Numbered from the stretch's first letter, positions 49,314 through 62,602 are shown. The stretch: 64,000 bases of DNA from Felis catus (GCF_018350175.1 NC_058368.1:72914001-72978000); one strand, 5' to 3'. The notes: a model not told the origin generated them from the sequence alone. Translations and numbers: made by a program.

Positions 49314-49832
49314 TCACCATTAACACAAAAGACTACTAGTACTCAACACCTTAAATAAGCACATAGCCACCAAAATTACAACAGTTCCATGATGTATGCA
49401 TGGGTGTGTGCATGGGCTATGACACAGAGTGCCTAAGGCTTGCCTGGCATCCGATTAAGCAAGGTACACATAAATTGTAGTAGCAAACTGTACCATTTTA
49501 CACACGTGACAAGGGGAAGCCCAAATGAAGAAAAGTGAGACCAGTGTAAACTCACAACTTTTGCAATTAATACCAGTACAAGAAAATCAATTATATGCAG
49601 TTATGTCTGAAGTCATGTATTAATAGGTTTGCTCACCAAAATAATTTAACCGGCAGCATGAGCTGATGGTCTCCAGCATGTTACCATTTGATATATTATA
49701 CATTACGGTGTGGCATTTATTATGGTTTTAAATACATTTTAAGATGTGCTTCAAAATAAGTTCAAATACAGTGTTAGCAGAATCTCTGAAGCATTTCTTC
49801 AGAATTGTATTATTTTTTGCAGTACAATTTGA

Positions 49833-50039
49833 GGGGCGCCTGGGTGGCGCAGTCGGTTAAGCGTCCGACTTCAGCCAGGTCACGATCTCGCGGTCCGTGA
49901 GTTCGAGCCCCGCGTCGGGCTCTGGGCTGATGGCTCAGAGCCTGGAGCCTGTTCCGATTCTGTGTCTCCCTCTCTCTCTGCCCCTCCCCCGTTCATGCTC
50001 TGTCTCTCTCTGTCCCAAAAAAAAAAAAAAAAAAGTTGA
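49833..50039 (+). mobile_element. Young SINEC_Fc-type CAN-SINE
   Basis: Near-consensus. TSD agtacaatttga at 49821-49832 and 50040-50051. Confidence 0.97.
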
Positions 50040-50619
50040 AGTACAATTTGAAAACCCCTCAGTGAGATGATAAGTGTGGTCTTTCATGGCCATCGGATGG
50101 TCAACATGGAATGATACCAATTTCTATTTCCATTATTCTCTGTCCACTCAGGCCCCCTAGGTGAACCACATGTATTCATAAGTACAGTATTCGTCAGTAA
50201 GTCCCAATAACACTTTCTAACTTAAATGCCTTACCCAATCCAGCACACTTTGTCCTCTACTCTCGATCTTATGCAACTCAAAGCTTAAGTCACCAATACC
50301 AAAGATACAGGTGCTTTAAACATTTTTCATCTGAATGAGCATCATGCAAACAAAGAAGGAAAAAGGATCCTAAAATTATTACCTAAATCAGAAAAAGTTA
50401 AATCATTTGAGCAATGAATATCTATCATCTCCCTGTCTATTCAAATGAATACATAACTACAAAGTAATTTTCCAGTAATATCTTATACAAAATTCCAAAA
50501 TAAACATTTCTGGATTTTGTTATGCTATTTGACCAGTGAGACAGATGATCTTGATTGCCAAGAGCTACTGTGACCTTTTTTCAGTTCTAACAGAACCTCA
50601 ATTTTGGTCAAGGTATTGT

Positions 50620-51020
50620 GAATAAGGATACGAATTGTGCCACTCGGAGGAGACTGAACCCCTTTTTAGTGCTATTATGTGAATTATGACTAAGTTAAGG
50701 CAATGACTGATTTAGGAATTGGCTTAGGACCCACTTCTGATGAATGAGCTATGTGAGAAGCTCTACTGGGGATGGAGGGTGTTAGGTGATGACATCAGGG
50801 GATGCTGCATCCATCCTGCAGTCATGAGGGGAGAAGCCAACCCACCCATGTAACCGAGTAGCAAGATGGAAAAAATAGATCCTAGTGAATGTCATTTTGC
50901 TGCTGAGTTAACTAATTCCAGAACTTCCCTACCTCCTGACTTCTTATTTATATTTAATTTATAAATTAAATTTAATTGGGTTTCCTAATTTTTCATTTTG
51001 AAAATACATTAAGTCATACG
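50620..51020 (+). mobile_element. ERVL solo LTR remnant (LTR16-like)
   Basis: gctgcatccatcctgcagtcatgagggg...gcaagatggaaaaaatagatcct...ccctacctcctgacttctt. Confidence 0.55.
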
Positions 51021-51659
51021 ACCCACATCTATTGTACATATGTACTCCCTTCAATGGACAGTTAAAATGGCTACTAACAGTCTTTATGCTCCAAAGTTAC
51101 TGTAGTGTGCATGGTACTCATGAATAGCAGATGTGATACACTTCTCCCCAGAGCTACATAGGCCCCAAAATCACCTCAGGAATTACTGCCACATTAATAA
51201 AATTAACCATTATGCTTTTACCCTAATACATTTTTGGAACAGAAAATCCTGCCAAAAGGGAGAAAGAGTATTTAGAGAAGTATATAAACATTATTTTATT
51301 TGAGTACAAGAGAAATGAAATCCATTTATTGCAAAAGAAACACACAAGAAAACATCCTTGCAAAATCATTCCTATTTATTTTTCAGAAATGTTCTACTTA
51401 GGCTCCAAAGATTGTGCATCAGGGAAAAACAGCAAGTATGTCATAAAAGACCAAGTCCAACCTAACACTTCCAAAAGCAAAGCAAATTACTGAATTCAAT
51501 TACACCAGAGCTTTTATATTCTGCAAGCCTTGTTCTTGTGAGTCATAAAGTCTTCCTAGTTGGATATCCAAAGTCACTTCATGTTGACTATCAATGTCAA
51601 TGGGGGACAGGGGGTTCTGTTCTGTTTTATTTTATCCTTTACAGTGCAACATGTAATTT

Positions 51660-51860
51660 ATATGCAGCACATGGTAGTTTAGATTGATTCTAGTAGCTCT
51701 TGATGGGGCCTTGAAGCATTAACTAGCTAATGAAGGGGATTTTGGTGGTTAACAAGGCATTTTGTGGGATGGCCACCAAAGTGATATTAGTTCTAACAGA
51801 AGCATGAATAGGGCATGAGAGCACTATTTTCCCACTAGCACATTTTAAAAGGTGACCCTT
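51660..51860 (+). mobile_element. Possible L3/CR1 LINE remnant
   Basis: ggggattttggtggttaacaag...gatggccaccaaag...aacagaagcat...cacattttaaaaggtgac resembles L3 ORF2 end. Confidence 0.4.
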
Positions 51861-51999
51861 TGTCTCTGTTTGACATGTGCTAGAGAACCCAAATACAGAA
51901 ATGTTTCATTAATTCCCTAATTCATTCAATGAATATTTTGAAATTGCCTCTATGACAGGACTATAGAGGGAAAAAATATGATAGTTAGAAAATACTCTT

Positions 52000-52150
52000 T
52001 TCCAAGTCCATTATAAGTGGGAAAATGGAGGCCCAATGAGGTGAAGTAATTTACATCAGTAACATCAATACAGCTATTTAGTGGCAGCATCAGGACTGGA
52101 TTCTAGATCTCTTACCTCCCAGGCCACTGTTCTTTCAACCACACCATGCT
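52000..52150 (-). mobile_element. MIR SINE
   Basis: cattataagtgggaaaatggaggcccaatgaggtgaagtaattt...acagctatttagtggcag...ctttcaaccacaccatgctgc. Confidence 0.75.
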
Positions 52151-53134
52151 GCTTAATCAATAATAAAAATCCTTCAAATGGTGGTCTATGCTCAACCACA
52201 ATGAAGAAAAACATGAGCTTCGAAGGAAAAGAATAAAATATTTTTTTTCAAACTGGTCCTAATGACCTGATTCATTCATTAAGAATGTTAATGAAAATGA
52301 ATTGTAGAAGGCACAGGGAAGACCATCACATAAAATAACAGTGGCCGGAAGGGAAAAGAGCAATATCCAAAGTGCTGATGGAAACTTAATTCTCACTCCG
52401 TGCTTCCATTTTCACTTCTGCCAGTGGGTTGTGGCTTAATCTCTGACACCACAAGAGTTACCAATGATGCTCATTGACCAAAGCCGAGTGATGAATAAAT
52501 AGCATCCATTGCGACCCCCAAGAATGAATTACCTAAGCTATAAAGTATTTTGTTGAATTATTTTAGACCACATTTAGACAAATATTTACTGTAAAGCATC
52601 GTCCTCATGTCTAGTCAAGCCTCTTTATTAGCAGATGGAGAAAATGAGAATCAGAGTGAAGCAACTGACCCAAAGTGAGCCAAGAAGTAGACCATAGAAT
52701 TCCAGTTTGGGTTTTCTGAATTCCAAGTTCACATTTCCTTCTGTCCTGTGTTTGAACAGGTAAGATTCATGGGCTTATTGCAAAGGCAGGCCAGGCCTTA
52801 TCAAAATATGCAGGGATGTACATTTACAGCACAAACCATTTATCCTGCATTTCCATGTGCCAGACATTCACTCCTCAGGGCATGTGATATAAGGAGGAAT
52901 AAAGCACAGTGTACTTTCAAGGAGCTTATGTGACAGAAAGGAAAAGAGACATATAAACAGGCACTTCGTTATCATGTGATAAACATTACAACAGTGGAGC
53001 TAAAAGATTATCGAAAGGACAACTTTTAAAAGCCACCTGTCCTGCACATGTCAAAAATATTATCATCAAAAATATCACTCTTTTGTACTAATCATTGGCA
53101 TACACATGGAGACCTTTAAAATGCAAATAGTCCT

Positions 53135-53400
53135 GGGGCATCTGAGTGGCTTAGTCAGTTAAGCCTCTAACTTCACTCAGGTCAGGATCTTACAATTCTC
53201 ATGAGTTCGAGCCCCGCTTTGGGCTCTCTGCTGTCAGCACAGAGCCTGCTTCAGATCCTTTGTCCCCCTCTTCCTCTGCCCCTCCCTTGCTCACGGATCC
53301 TTTCTCTCTCTCTCAAAAATAACTAAACATTAAAAAAAAATAAATAAAATAAAATAAAATAAAATAAATAAAATAAAATAAAAACAATATAAAATAAAAT
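53135..53400 (+). mobile_element. CAN-SINE with expanded (TAAAA)n tail
   Basis: ggggcatctgagtggcttagtcagttaag head; pentamer tail at 53340-53400. Confidence 0.93.
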
Positions 53401-54466
53401 ACTCTGCATAGAGCCCAGAGTCTTTGGGGCTGAGGGTAGCTGGTCTGCCTGGCTCCCTGGAAAGGCAGGAGTCAGGAAAAGGCAGAAAGGAATAAGGGAG
53501 TCAAAGGTCACTTAATTCACCTTTCTGTCTGATCTCACACTTTCCCTGTGGAAAAGCTGTACATGTCAAAACTGGTTCTCTTGTTTAATTTTAGAGGGAA
53601 AAAACATGTGGGTTTTAGTCTATTTTGTATGCCACACCATGCTTTTCAAGAATTGCTGTGCTCACACACAATGTAAGTAATAATCACTCTTCAAAATTTG
53701 GCAAATGCCCAAAACATAACAATTCTCACAGACTGGAAGGTGTGTGATTGTTGGCAAAATCTTTATCTAATAAATTGGAATTAAAATGTTTTGCCAAACG
53801 TAGCACCTCCAAGGCTATGATGGATAATGTGTCAATGGTCCCTGCATCGAAAATGTAAGTTTCGCCGTACATAAAAATGTTCATTTATCTTCCATTCAGT
53901 TACTTTCTAAAATCTTATGTTAAGATTCAACATAATTTCTGGAGAAGAACAAGTTATTTCAGAACTTCCAAATGAGAATTTGGTTGAATGATCATAATTA
54001 TTTTTTTAAAAAAATACATACATATATATATATATATACATATATATACACACACACACATATATATATAATCACATTAGTTCTCTTATTGACTTGCACA
54101 CAAGAATTTTTGAATCTGATTTTTTCAATTATACTTTCTTATGTGTTTTTAATTTGATTATAATTTGGGCCAATATTGCTCTTTATAAAAAATAATGAAA
54201 AAATTATAATGACATGTAGAGTGGGGACTCAAGTATGTGTTAGGAATAGAGTTTTTAAGAAAAGTGTCACAAGACACAATTTGCTTTGTATGCCCTCCAT
54301 TCCATTTTCATGATAATATTTTGAACAAATAAATATTTACTGGTTATCTGGACTAGATTCTAAACCGGAATCTAGATGGTGGTGTTCTTTGTGGCACTAA
54401 CCAGCATATACCTTGAATATGTGGTTGGTATTGCACAATCACAAGCAAAGTGAGCATGCGCACGCA

Positions 54467-54500
<34 letters not shown>

Positions 54501-54806
54501 TTAGGATGTGATAAATTGATCATGGAAATAGAGAAAGCTGCAGTATTATAAGTAATATTTCACATTCTTCAAGTACCAACTCCATGTCAGGTTGGGTGCT
54601 AAGTCTTTGTCCTGGATTATCTCATTCCTTATAAGAATGTAATTTGGTCAAAATAAAAGTTCTAAGGCCACATGTCACTAATAAAAATAATTGATTTCCA
54701 AATGGATGTTTGAAACATTTATTGACATAAAATGATGTCTCCTCAGCTAGATCCTGTGAAACACTAGTTTCTTTGACTACTACTAAATGTGACTTAAAAA
54801 AAATGT

Positions 54807-55024
54807 TGTGATGGTTAATTTTATGTGTCAACTTGACTGGGCTAAGAGAAGCCCACATAGCTGGTAAAACATTATTTCTGGGGGTGTCTGTGAGGGTGTT
54901 TCTGGAAGAGATTAGCATTCAAATCAGTAGATTGAATAAAGAAGATCCACCCTCACCAATGTGAGCAAGCATTATCCAAAATCCATTGAGGGCCCAAATA
55001 GAACAAATAAACAGAAGGATGAAT

Positions 55025-55055
<31 letters not shown>

Positions 55056-55343
55056 TCCTTGGGTTGGACCTTGCTTCTTCTCATGTTTTTGGACATCAGA
55101 TTTCCTAGTTCCCAGATCTTTGGACTCCAGGACTTAAACCAGGGGTCACCTCCCTCCCCATGCCACACCATCCACGCCCCTGGTTCTCAAGTCTTCTGAC
55201 TCAGATTAAATTACACCACCAGCTTTCCTGGTTCTTCAGCTTGTAGACAGCATATGGTAAAATCTCTCAGCGTCCATAATCACATGGGCCAATTCCCATA
55301 AAAAGTCTGGTCCCCTATATATCTATATACTTACAGATATACC

Positions 55344-55397
<54 letters not shown>

Positions 55398-55501
55398 ACA
55401 TATATATATAGTATATATATTGTATATCTTCATATCTATATCTATAGATATAGAGAGATATCCTAATGGTTCCATTCCTCTGAAGAACTCTGGCTAATAC
55501 A
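54807..55501 (+). mobile_element. ERVL solo LTR (MLT2B-like) with internal (TA)n
   Basis: tgtgatggttaattttatgtgtcaacttgactgggctaag...ttacaccaccagctttcctggttct...gaactctggctaataca. Confidence 0.92.
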
Positions 55502-55716
55502 GATGGCAAATAAGTTTGACAAAAAAATAAGGTAAAGCAAGTCAGAGACTGCTCTGTACCATAGCACTTCTTAAAGCCTCTATTATACAACTGTATATGG
55601 AATTCTATGGGGGAGAGGGACTGCACACTCTGATGTGCACACTCACGCCAAGGTACACACTCCATCCCAGAGCATATCTCCAACCTAGTGCCACAGAGCA
55701 CACTTTTGGGAAACAT
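55502..55716. mobile_element. hAT-Charlie MITE remnant (MER112/MER103-like); other half ~54740-54806
   Basis: caaataagtttg...cagagcacacttttgggaaaca; gtgaaacactagttt on the far side of the MLT2 LTR. Confidence 0.45.
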
Positions 55717-56840
55717 TAATACACAAACTCAAAATGTAATATCGTGTCAGTGTCCAATGGGCAGGCCACGTTCAGGAAGGAGATTAAATATGCAATCTGT
55801 TTGAAAGGAGATGTTCAGTCTGATTGATGGAAGGAAAGGGGAATGACAAGGACAAAGGCACAATGGCGGGCAGGACAAGGCAGATAAATGGAGGTAAGAC
55901 AGCAAAAGCAGACCAGGTCAGATCCAGCAAGCCCTTATAAATCAAATTAAAGAGTGAAGTAATAAAGAAATCCTATTCTTATACACTCCTTCAAACCATC
56001 TCCTTTCCTTTACTGGAGACAACAGAAAATTACAGGACCCTGTTCAGCGGTCTCTATTCAGTTGTGACAAAAAGCGCAGGACTTTTAATCGAAAAGTTTA
56101 TAAGCCAACTCAGAGACAAAAATCGCCATTGATTTATACACTTAAAGAAAAACCACTGTTGTTGAATTGCAGGTGCTGCCATTACCTTAGAATGGGAATT
56201 GAAGGGAAAGGCTAACTTAGTTTAAACAGTATAAGATGGCAGAAAGAGCATCGACCAGGAATGGAGAAATTTGCTGTGGTCCTGGTTCAATCATCTGGGT
56301 GACCCCCCAGCAAGTCCCTTCATCACTGAACCTCACAGGCCTCACCAAAAAAGGCAGAGATTGTGGCTGGATGGTCTACAGTTTGATGGTGTCCAAATAA
56401 TCTATGCTTCCTAGAGCTTGTTTTGTTTATTTTTTAAATAGCAGCAGTGTTATGATATGAAATGAGAAAGATAATACCTACCTGGAAGAAGTGCTCCAAG
56501 TGCTATTTAATGTAGAAGATGAAAACCATCACGTAATTTGCTCCATTATTTCTTTAAGGCAATCAACTTTTGCTTTGGCTTTTCCATGTACCTGCCACAT
56601 GCCTCTTACAGACTTCCAAGTCACAACTCTCCCTCCATGCCCTGGGGTCACACCTGCCCCATCTGTCCCCATTCCTCTTGCCTCCTTTAAACATGACAAG
56701 TTGAGGAATAAGGCATTAGGGAAGAGAGACAGCACTGGATGGAGAGGACAACTAAAGGGGCAAATACAGAGTGTTTCTCATCTTGGAATTAGCCTGTTCT
56801 TCTCTAGGATTCCTCAAAGCATCATTTCTTTGATCAAGCC

Positions 56841-57204
56841 CAATGGTTCTCAATTGTGGGTGATTTTTTTCCCTCCAGGGGACATTCGGCAATGTCTGCA
56901 GACATTTTTGGTTGTCACAGCAGTGGGGGGGGGGGCGGGTGTTCTAGTACCTTGTGGGTGGAGACAAGGGATGCTGCTAAACACCCTGCAAAGCATGGAA
57001 CCACCCCCACACCTGGGCACCTGGGTGGCTCAGTAAGTTAAGCATCCAACCCTTGGTTTCAGCTCAGGTCATGATCTCACAGGTCATGAGTTTGAGCCCC
57101 ATGTTGGGCTCTGTGCTGACAGCGCAGAGCCTGCTTAGGATTCTCTCTCTTCCCCTCTTTTTCTCTCCTCTCTCTCCCTCTCTCTCTGCCCCTCCCCCTC
57201 GCAT

Positions 57205-57241
<37 letters not shown>

Positions 57242-57327
57242 GAATAAATAAATAAACTTTAAAAAACAAAAACAAAAAAGGAACTGTCCAGCCCCTAAAG
57301 CAGCAAAGCCAAAGCTGAGAAATTCTG
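56841..57327 (+). mobile_element. MER20 (hAT-Charlie), interrupted by a CAN-SINE
   Basis: caatggttctcaa...ccaggggacattcggcaatgtctgcagacatttttggttgtcaca...agggatgctgctaaaca; resumes gaactgtccagccc...ctgagaaattctg. Confidence 0.9.
57015..57279 (+). mobile_element. CAN-SINE nested in MER20
   Basis: gggcacctgggtggctcagtaagttaag head, (CT)n, A tail. Confidence 0.95.
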
Positions 57328-58405
57328 CCTAGTTGAAGTGAGTTCAGCAAAGCAAAGACTGTGTTGAGGATGTAAAGGAAACGGAAACACTAGCAGTAGG
57401 TAGCAGACTTGTGAGGAGGATACCTTTTTTATTCTACTTAGCTCTTTTACACTTTAAAAAGTTTTTTCATGAGCTCATTTTAATTTTTTCGCCTCCTATA
57501 TGGTGGAGCAGGGAAAGAAATACCGTTCAAAAGTTTCATGCCTTTTGTGATTTTTATGTTAGAGCACCAGGAGACTGATCACCAGACACTGATTTTCAAA
57601 CTCTTTCATTCTTTTCCACTGTAATGAGCTATAATCCATGGAATAACCTCTAAATCCAAATGGAAGTGGTAGCTGCAGGCCATGTTGATTAGGTGATGTG
57701 GAGGGGGGAAGCCCAGCACATCTGGAGCGAGGTTGTGAACCCCATGTTCTCTCACATTTGCTGGGACCTTCCCACCATCTTAAGCCTCTCTTAAAAAGTT
57801 AAAAAAAAAAAGATGAGAGAATGTAACATCCATACTAACGTTAAATCATATGCTGAAGATAAGCTGAGTTTCAGATGCCTCCAGTTCTACTTTCACTGTA
57901 AAGCAAAGGGTCCACGTGAAATAATGACTCACATTATTATATAACGCTTATATAACATTTACATTTATATAACTTTATCATTTACATGGTGCGGTTTTCA
58001 TAGCCATTAGCTCACTTATTTCTCACAACAGCCTTACAATACATTATTAGCCCATATTCCTAAGGAGAAAACATCTAGGAAGTTCAAGCTCACACAGCTC
58101 ACGGGGTCTTTAAGCAAATCCTGATTCCTAAGGAAGTGGCTACTTTTTCACACTGCCCAACATAAAGCACAGACGGGCTGATACATATGATATTCTATCA
58201 CACTCCACACTCAGGGACACAAATTGGTTTTCTACCCTGGAAAATGGGTAGAAATTCTGATTTTCTACCCTTGAAAATGAAAATGGTGGTTTTCTTCACC
58301 AAAGCTAGGTGAGTGCTACTGCTAACAAGCTTTCATCTCACGTCACTGAAATCTAAGACCCAGAAAAACTCCTAAACACCATGACCAAGGCTTCTGGTCA
58401 TTAGC

Positions 58406-58786
58406 TGCCTTAGTTTGCTGGGACTCCCATAACAAAGTATCACAACTAGGGGCCTTAAAGAACAGATATTTATTTCTCACAGTTCCCGAGGCTGGAAGTC
58501 CAAGATCAAGGTGTTGGCAGATTTGGTTTCTCCTAAGACCTCCTTCCTTGGCTTGTAAATGGCCGTATTCTTCCTATGTCTTTACATTATCTTCCCTCTG
58601 TGTGTGCCTGTGTCTTCTCTTCTTAGAAGGACACCAATCATATTGGATTAGGGTTGAAGCCAATGGCCTCATTTTAACTCAATTATCTTTTAAAAAATTC
58701 TCTCTCCAATACAGTCACACTCTGAGTCACTGGGGGTTAGGACTTCAACATATGAATGTGCCAGGGACACAAATCTTCCTGTAACA
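58406..58786 (-). mobile_element. MaLR solo LTR (MLT1A0-like)
   Basis: cataacaaagtatcacaact...tttatttctcacagttcccgaggctggaagtccaagatcaaggtgttggcag...gggggttaggacttcaacatatgaat. Confidence 0.9.
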
Positions 58787-59509
58787 CTGGTGTCAGAAGA
58801 TTTTTTAGAGCTCAGATCTGGGTCCCATGCATGAATAGCTAAAACCTCAATTCCAAAATAGAAAGATCTTTTTAGAATTATGCCATGTTCTGCTTTCACC
58901 TATAATTTTTTTAATCTGTTAAAAAATACCTAAACAGTGCATTTTATTCTTAGAGCTTAGCTTTGTGCAGTGATGTAGAAAATGTATTGACATGTTAATC
59001 TACTAATGTTTCAAGTTCTGCTGAACATTTAATTTTAAAAGATGTGAGGGGGTTGTTCAAGAGGTCTGTTTTTGGCTGGTGGGAAACCACTTTTGACTTT
59101 CTATGTGACTTCTCTCTCCCTCCTACATCTATCTACACCGTGGCAGCCCTGGGTCCTTGCTAAAGTCAGGCAGTGCATAGCTTCAGTGGGAGCTGCTGGA
59201 AGCAGAGAGGTTCCTGCTCTCCTTTCTTCTAGGTACATTAACCGAGGTTCTCCTACATAATTCAGAATTATCTCAAATAAAACAAAGCTTTTCTAAACAC
59301 ACCTGACATTTTCCCAAATTTTGGGAGGCTGGAGGAGAGAGAAAGAACATCACAGAAAAGGGTACAGCTGAGGTTAGGGCTGCTCTGTTGATGGAGAATG
59401 AAAAAGAACTAGAATTTTATATGTATATATCTCCTGATATACACATGAATGTTTCTATGAACTAAAGATGGTAATTGATCTATAGAATAACTGTAGAATA
59501 ACAGCATAG

Positions 59510-59765
59510 AATAACAGTAATTGTAGAAATAGAAGGAACTTAATTTGTGGATCATAAAGTCTGAATTATATCCCCAAATCTGCCATTTGTTTCTTTCATG
59601 CCCTTGGGCAAATTACTATCCCTCTTCGAGGTTTGCTTTTTCATATATAATTGAGTGGGTAATAATCGCAGTACTGCCTATTTTATTGGTTTCATATGGA
59701 TCAAATGAGGTACAGTATGTGAAATGCTAATGCAAACTATCACCACTTTAAGAATGTTAGTTAGC
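59510..59765 (+). mobile_element. MIR SINE
   Basis: tctgccattt...ccttgggcaaattact...gggtaataatcgcagtact...ggatcaaatgag. Confidence 0.6.
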
Positions 59766-60189
59766 AATGTATTTCTGGAAAGAGTAAATTCATTTTCTAC
59801 AGCTTTTTCTCATTTTCTTGAAGACAAATTCTGTCTTAAGTAGCTAAACATAAACCGTAAGATTTTAAGCATAAGCTCAACCCCAAATGTAGGGTAGAGT
59901 TTAAATGAAGCTTGTGTTTTCAAAATAGAATGGTAGGAATATTTGGTGCTCTTTTAAGGAACAAATTTACCACTACGGAGATTAGGGTTTTCAATCTTGC
60001 AATGGCTTCCATTTTTCTTTTCAACTGCGGGCACTGGGAGTGTGGCAGAGGGGGAAGGGCATTAACACAAGGTTGCACACCAAGCACACCAATAACTTAC
60101 TTCTTCTTTCTCTAGTTGGAAATCCATAAAATCTCAAAGAATGAGAGAAAAGAAGGAATTATATACACTCTTAAAGGAGATTATAACAA

Positions 60190-60385
60190 CTGATACTTAA
60201 TAACTTCTTACTATGTCCAAGCACTGTATTAAGCAATTTATAAACATTGTCTTATCTAGTCCTCACAAAAATCTTTTGAGGTAGGCATTGCTTTTCTTTT
60301 CTAGCTCTGAGGAAACTAAACTGATGTTTAAAGAGGTAGCAAACACAGGATCTGTCGACCTCAGCATCCCTGCTTTTAGATCCTA
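60190..60385 (-). mobile_element. MIR SINE
   Basis: ttactatgtccaagcactgtattaagca...tcctcacaaaaatcttttgaggtagg...tgaggaaactaaa. Confidence 0.65.
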
Positions 60386-61499
60386 CTAAAAGTAGATGTC
60401 CATGAAGAATGACACCTTTGAGAATGTAAACATAGTTAAACCTTTGAAATCAAACAGTGACTCTATTTTAAGGATTCCAATATGGATGTGAGGATCTACA
60501 AATTGATTTATAACTTTATATTCTGAGTCAGAGTGAATACAAATGGAAAATACAATAAATTATTTAATACCAATCAAAATTGTATTTTTCCCATTATTAA
60601 CAAAATTCAAACTCACATTTGTTTCCATATGACATGTAAAACACTAGCCACACTAGAATGTGGAAAATTTAATAATTAGTGATATGAACAAAATATTATA
60701 AAGGCAAAGAGAAGGCATTAATTGAATCTGACACTGTCAAGAAAAAATTCATAGTAGTGGCATTTTGAGGCCCTCAAAGGAGAAATAGGTCTTCTCCAAA
60801 TGGGGAAAGGGTACAGTAGCAAGAAATTAACATCAGTTCAGAGTACAGAACTAAGAGATGGATGGCATAATTCCTTATTAATTATAGCTTAAATTGTTCC
60901 CCAAAGAAGATAACAGCTATTCTCCATTATTCTTCAGTGGGTTTGCAGGAAATCATGTCTACAATGGAATCTTAGATCTTCAATCAGCAATAAAATCAGG
61001 GATACATCTCATTGTTCACTTGTTATAGCACCCATCAAACCGTAGCATAATTATGTGCTTACTGCTTTATGAGATCCTGTCCTATTTATATTTGTATGCC
61101 AAGCACCCTGCATAGTACCTGACCCACAGTGGAATTTAACATACATTTGATTAATTAAGTGCCAATTGCAATCTACAGTCAATATTGGCTGAATTTCTCT
61201 TCAGGCTTTACTTTCTCTTTTGAATTTTTACTGTAAAACATCTTACAATTAAAAGCTTTCTCTGTCAGATACCAAGAAAATTAGCATCTGCCACCAGTTT
61301 ACTGAAGTGCCTCATCTCAATGAGGTATACCCTTGAGTTTTGTATTTTCCTAATTAATATTACTAGAAATGCAGTGTCAACCCTCCTTCTGTGCTGGGCA
61401 GAGTATTCAGTTATTAAAACTTCATCCAGGTAAGTTTAAAACTTCAGTGTCCTTGATTCAAAGTTTTCCCTCCCCCTGAGCAGGACCACTGTGCTCTTG

Positions 61500-62130
61500 G
61501 CATACCTACTTCCTCTTCAGTTTTCTAGGCTTCACTGCTGAGACTCCAAAAAGGGAAGGAAGAATGGCACACATTGGGTCCTTTTTTTGTTGGTCCTTGC
61601 AGGCAAGGGAAGGCAATGCATGTGCAAGCTCTTCTGAGAGGCCCCCCTGTACAGTTCCTGGATGTGGGAGGTGTGGTGTATCCCCACTCTGAAGCCTCCA
61701 CCATGTAAGGTCCACCCACTGTTTCTTGATATTAAAGTCTCTCCTCCCAGGGAGAGTTCCCTAGATAGTCTCATAGTGAGATTGTTCTAGCCCAGCTACA
61801 GTCCACACCATCCAGCTCACATCCAGGAGACTCAGCATCCTTGCCATGCCACATGTAGCAGGAGAGAGCTGGCTTCACCATACAGCACCTACCCTATGCC
61901 TGTGCTCCTCACATCCAGCTTTCTTCCCACCACTCCCTACTTCAGGGAGATATAGGGCTACATGAACTGATCTCTGCTTGAGCTGATGTCCAACTAGGGA
62001 AAGAGATATCTCTCCTTTCTGGCAGATGTCCTATACTTCACAAGGGCTTCTCTTGGAACCCCTCTTACCTAGCTTTGGGAAGATGAAAACATGCCCCTCC
62101 AAGGATGGGAGTTACTTCCCTTTCTTTAGA
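61500..62130. mobile_element. Probable ancient LTR remnant (family uncertain)
   Basis: Abrupt GC-richer, LTR-like composition amid AT-rich flanks; no confident family match. Confidence 0.3.
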
Positions 62131-62286
62131 AACACAAACAATCCCCTCAAGATCAACAACCCCAAAGTCACTAGAATAGAAGAAAGGAGAATTCTAGAGA
62201 GCGCGGGGATTGGAGAAGAATCCTAAGGCTCACTGTCAGGCATGGCGAGGATGTGATTTAGAGCACACGAATGCCACAGTGCGTAT

Positions 62287-62437
62287 CTATTTTTGGTGTC
62301 AAAAAAAGTGGTTATAAGGTGGTAAAACAGCTGGTGAAGAGCCTCTTCCAACCTTTACATCCAGCTGTAGCTCAAAGTGTGTTGTTAAATTATGACTCAA
62401 CAGAGGAACTTAAAACTAAGCTTCAGTGCTTCAGCTG
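62287..62437. promoter_or_regulatory. Candidate enhancer: MEF2 + three CAGCTG E-boxes + AP-1
   Basis: CTATTTTTGG at 62287; CAGCTG at 62328, 62362 and 62432; TGACTCA at 62393. Confidence 0.4.
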
Positions 62438-62557
62438 GACGATCTTCAAAACCACATCGGATCATGTATGCATTCTGCTCAGAGGACATTAAAAGTAATA
62501 CTGATAATTACAATTAGCATTGAAAAATTAAGAGAGGAAGATAAACAGAGGGTATTC

Positions 62558-62559
<2 letters not shown>

Positions 62560-62602
<43 letters not shown>
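62560..62602. repeat. (GA)n microsatellite
   Basis: Directly visible. Confidence 0.95.

Noticed and set aside
54354..54376. Small inverted repeat ctagattc...gaatctag
   Set aside because: An 8-bp stem is expected by chance in 64 kb and is too short for a miRNA-type hairpin.
56491..57036. Longest ORF in the track (181 aa)
   Set aside because: Non-ATG start, and it runs through MER20 into a SINE head; a chance read-through.
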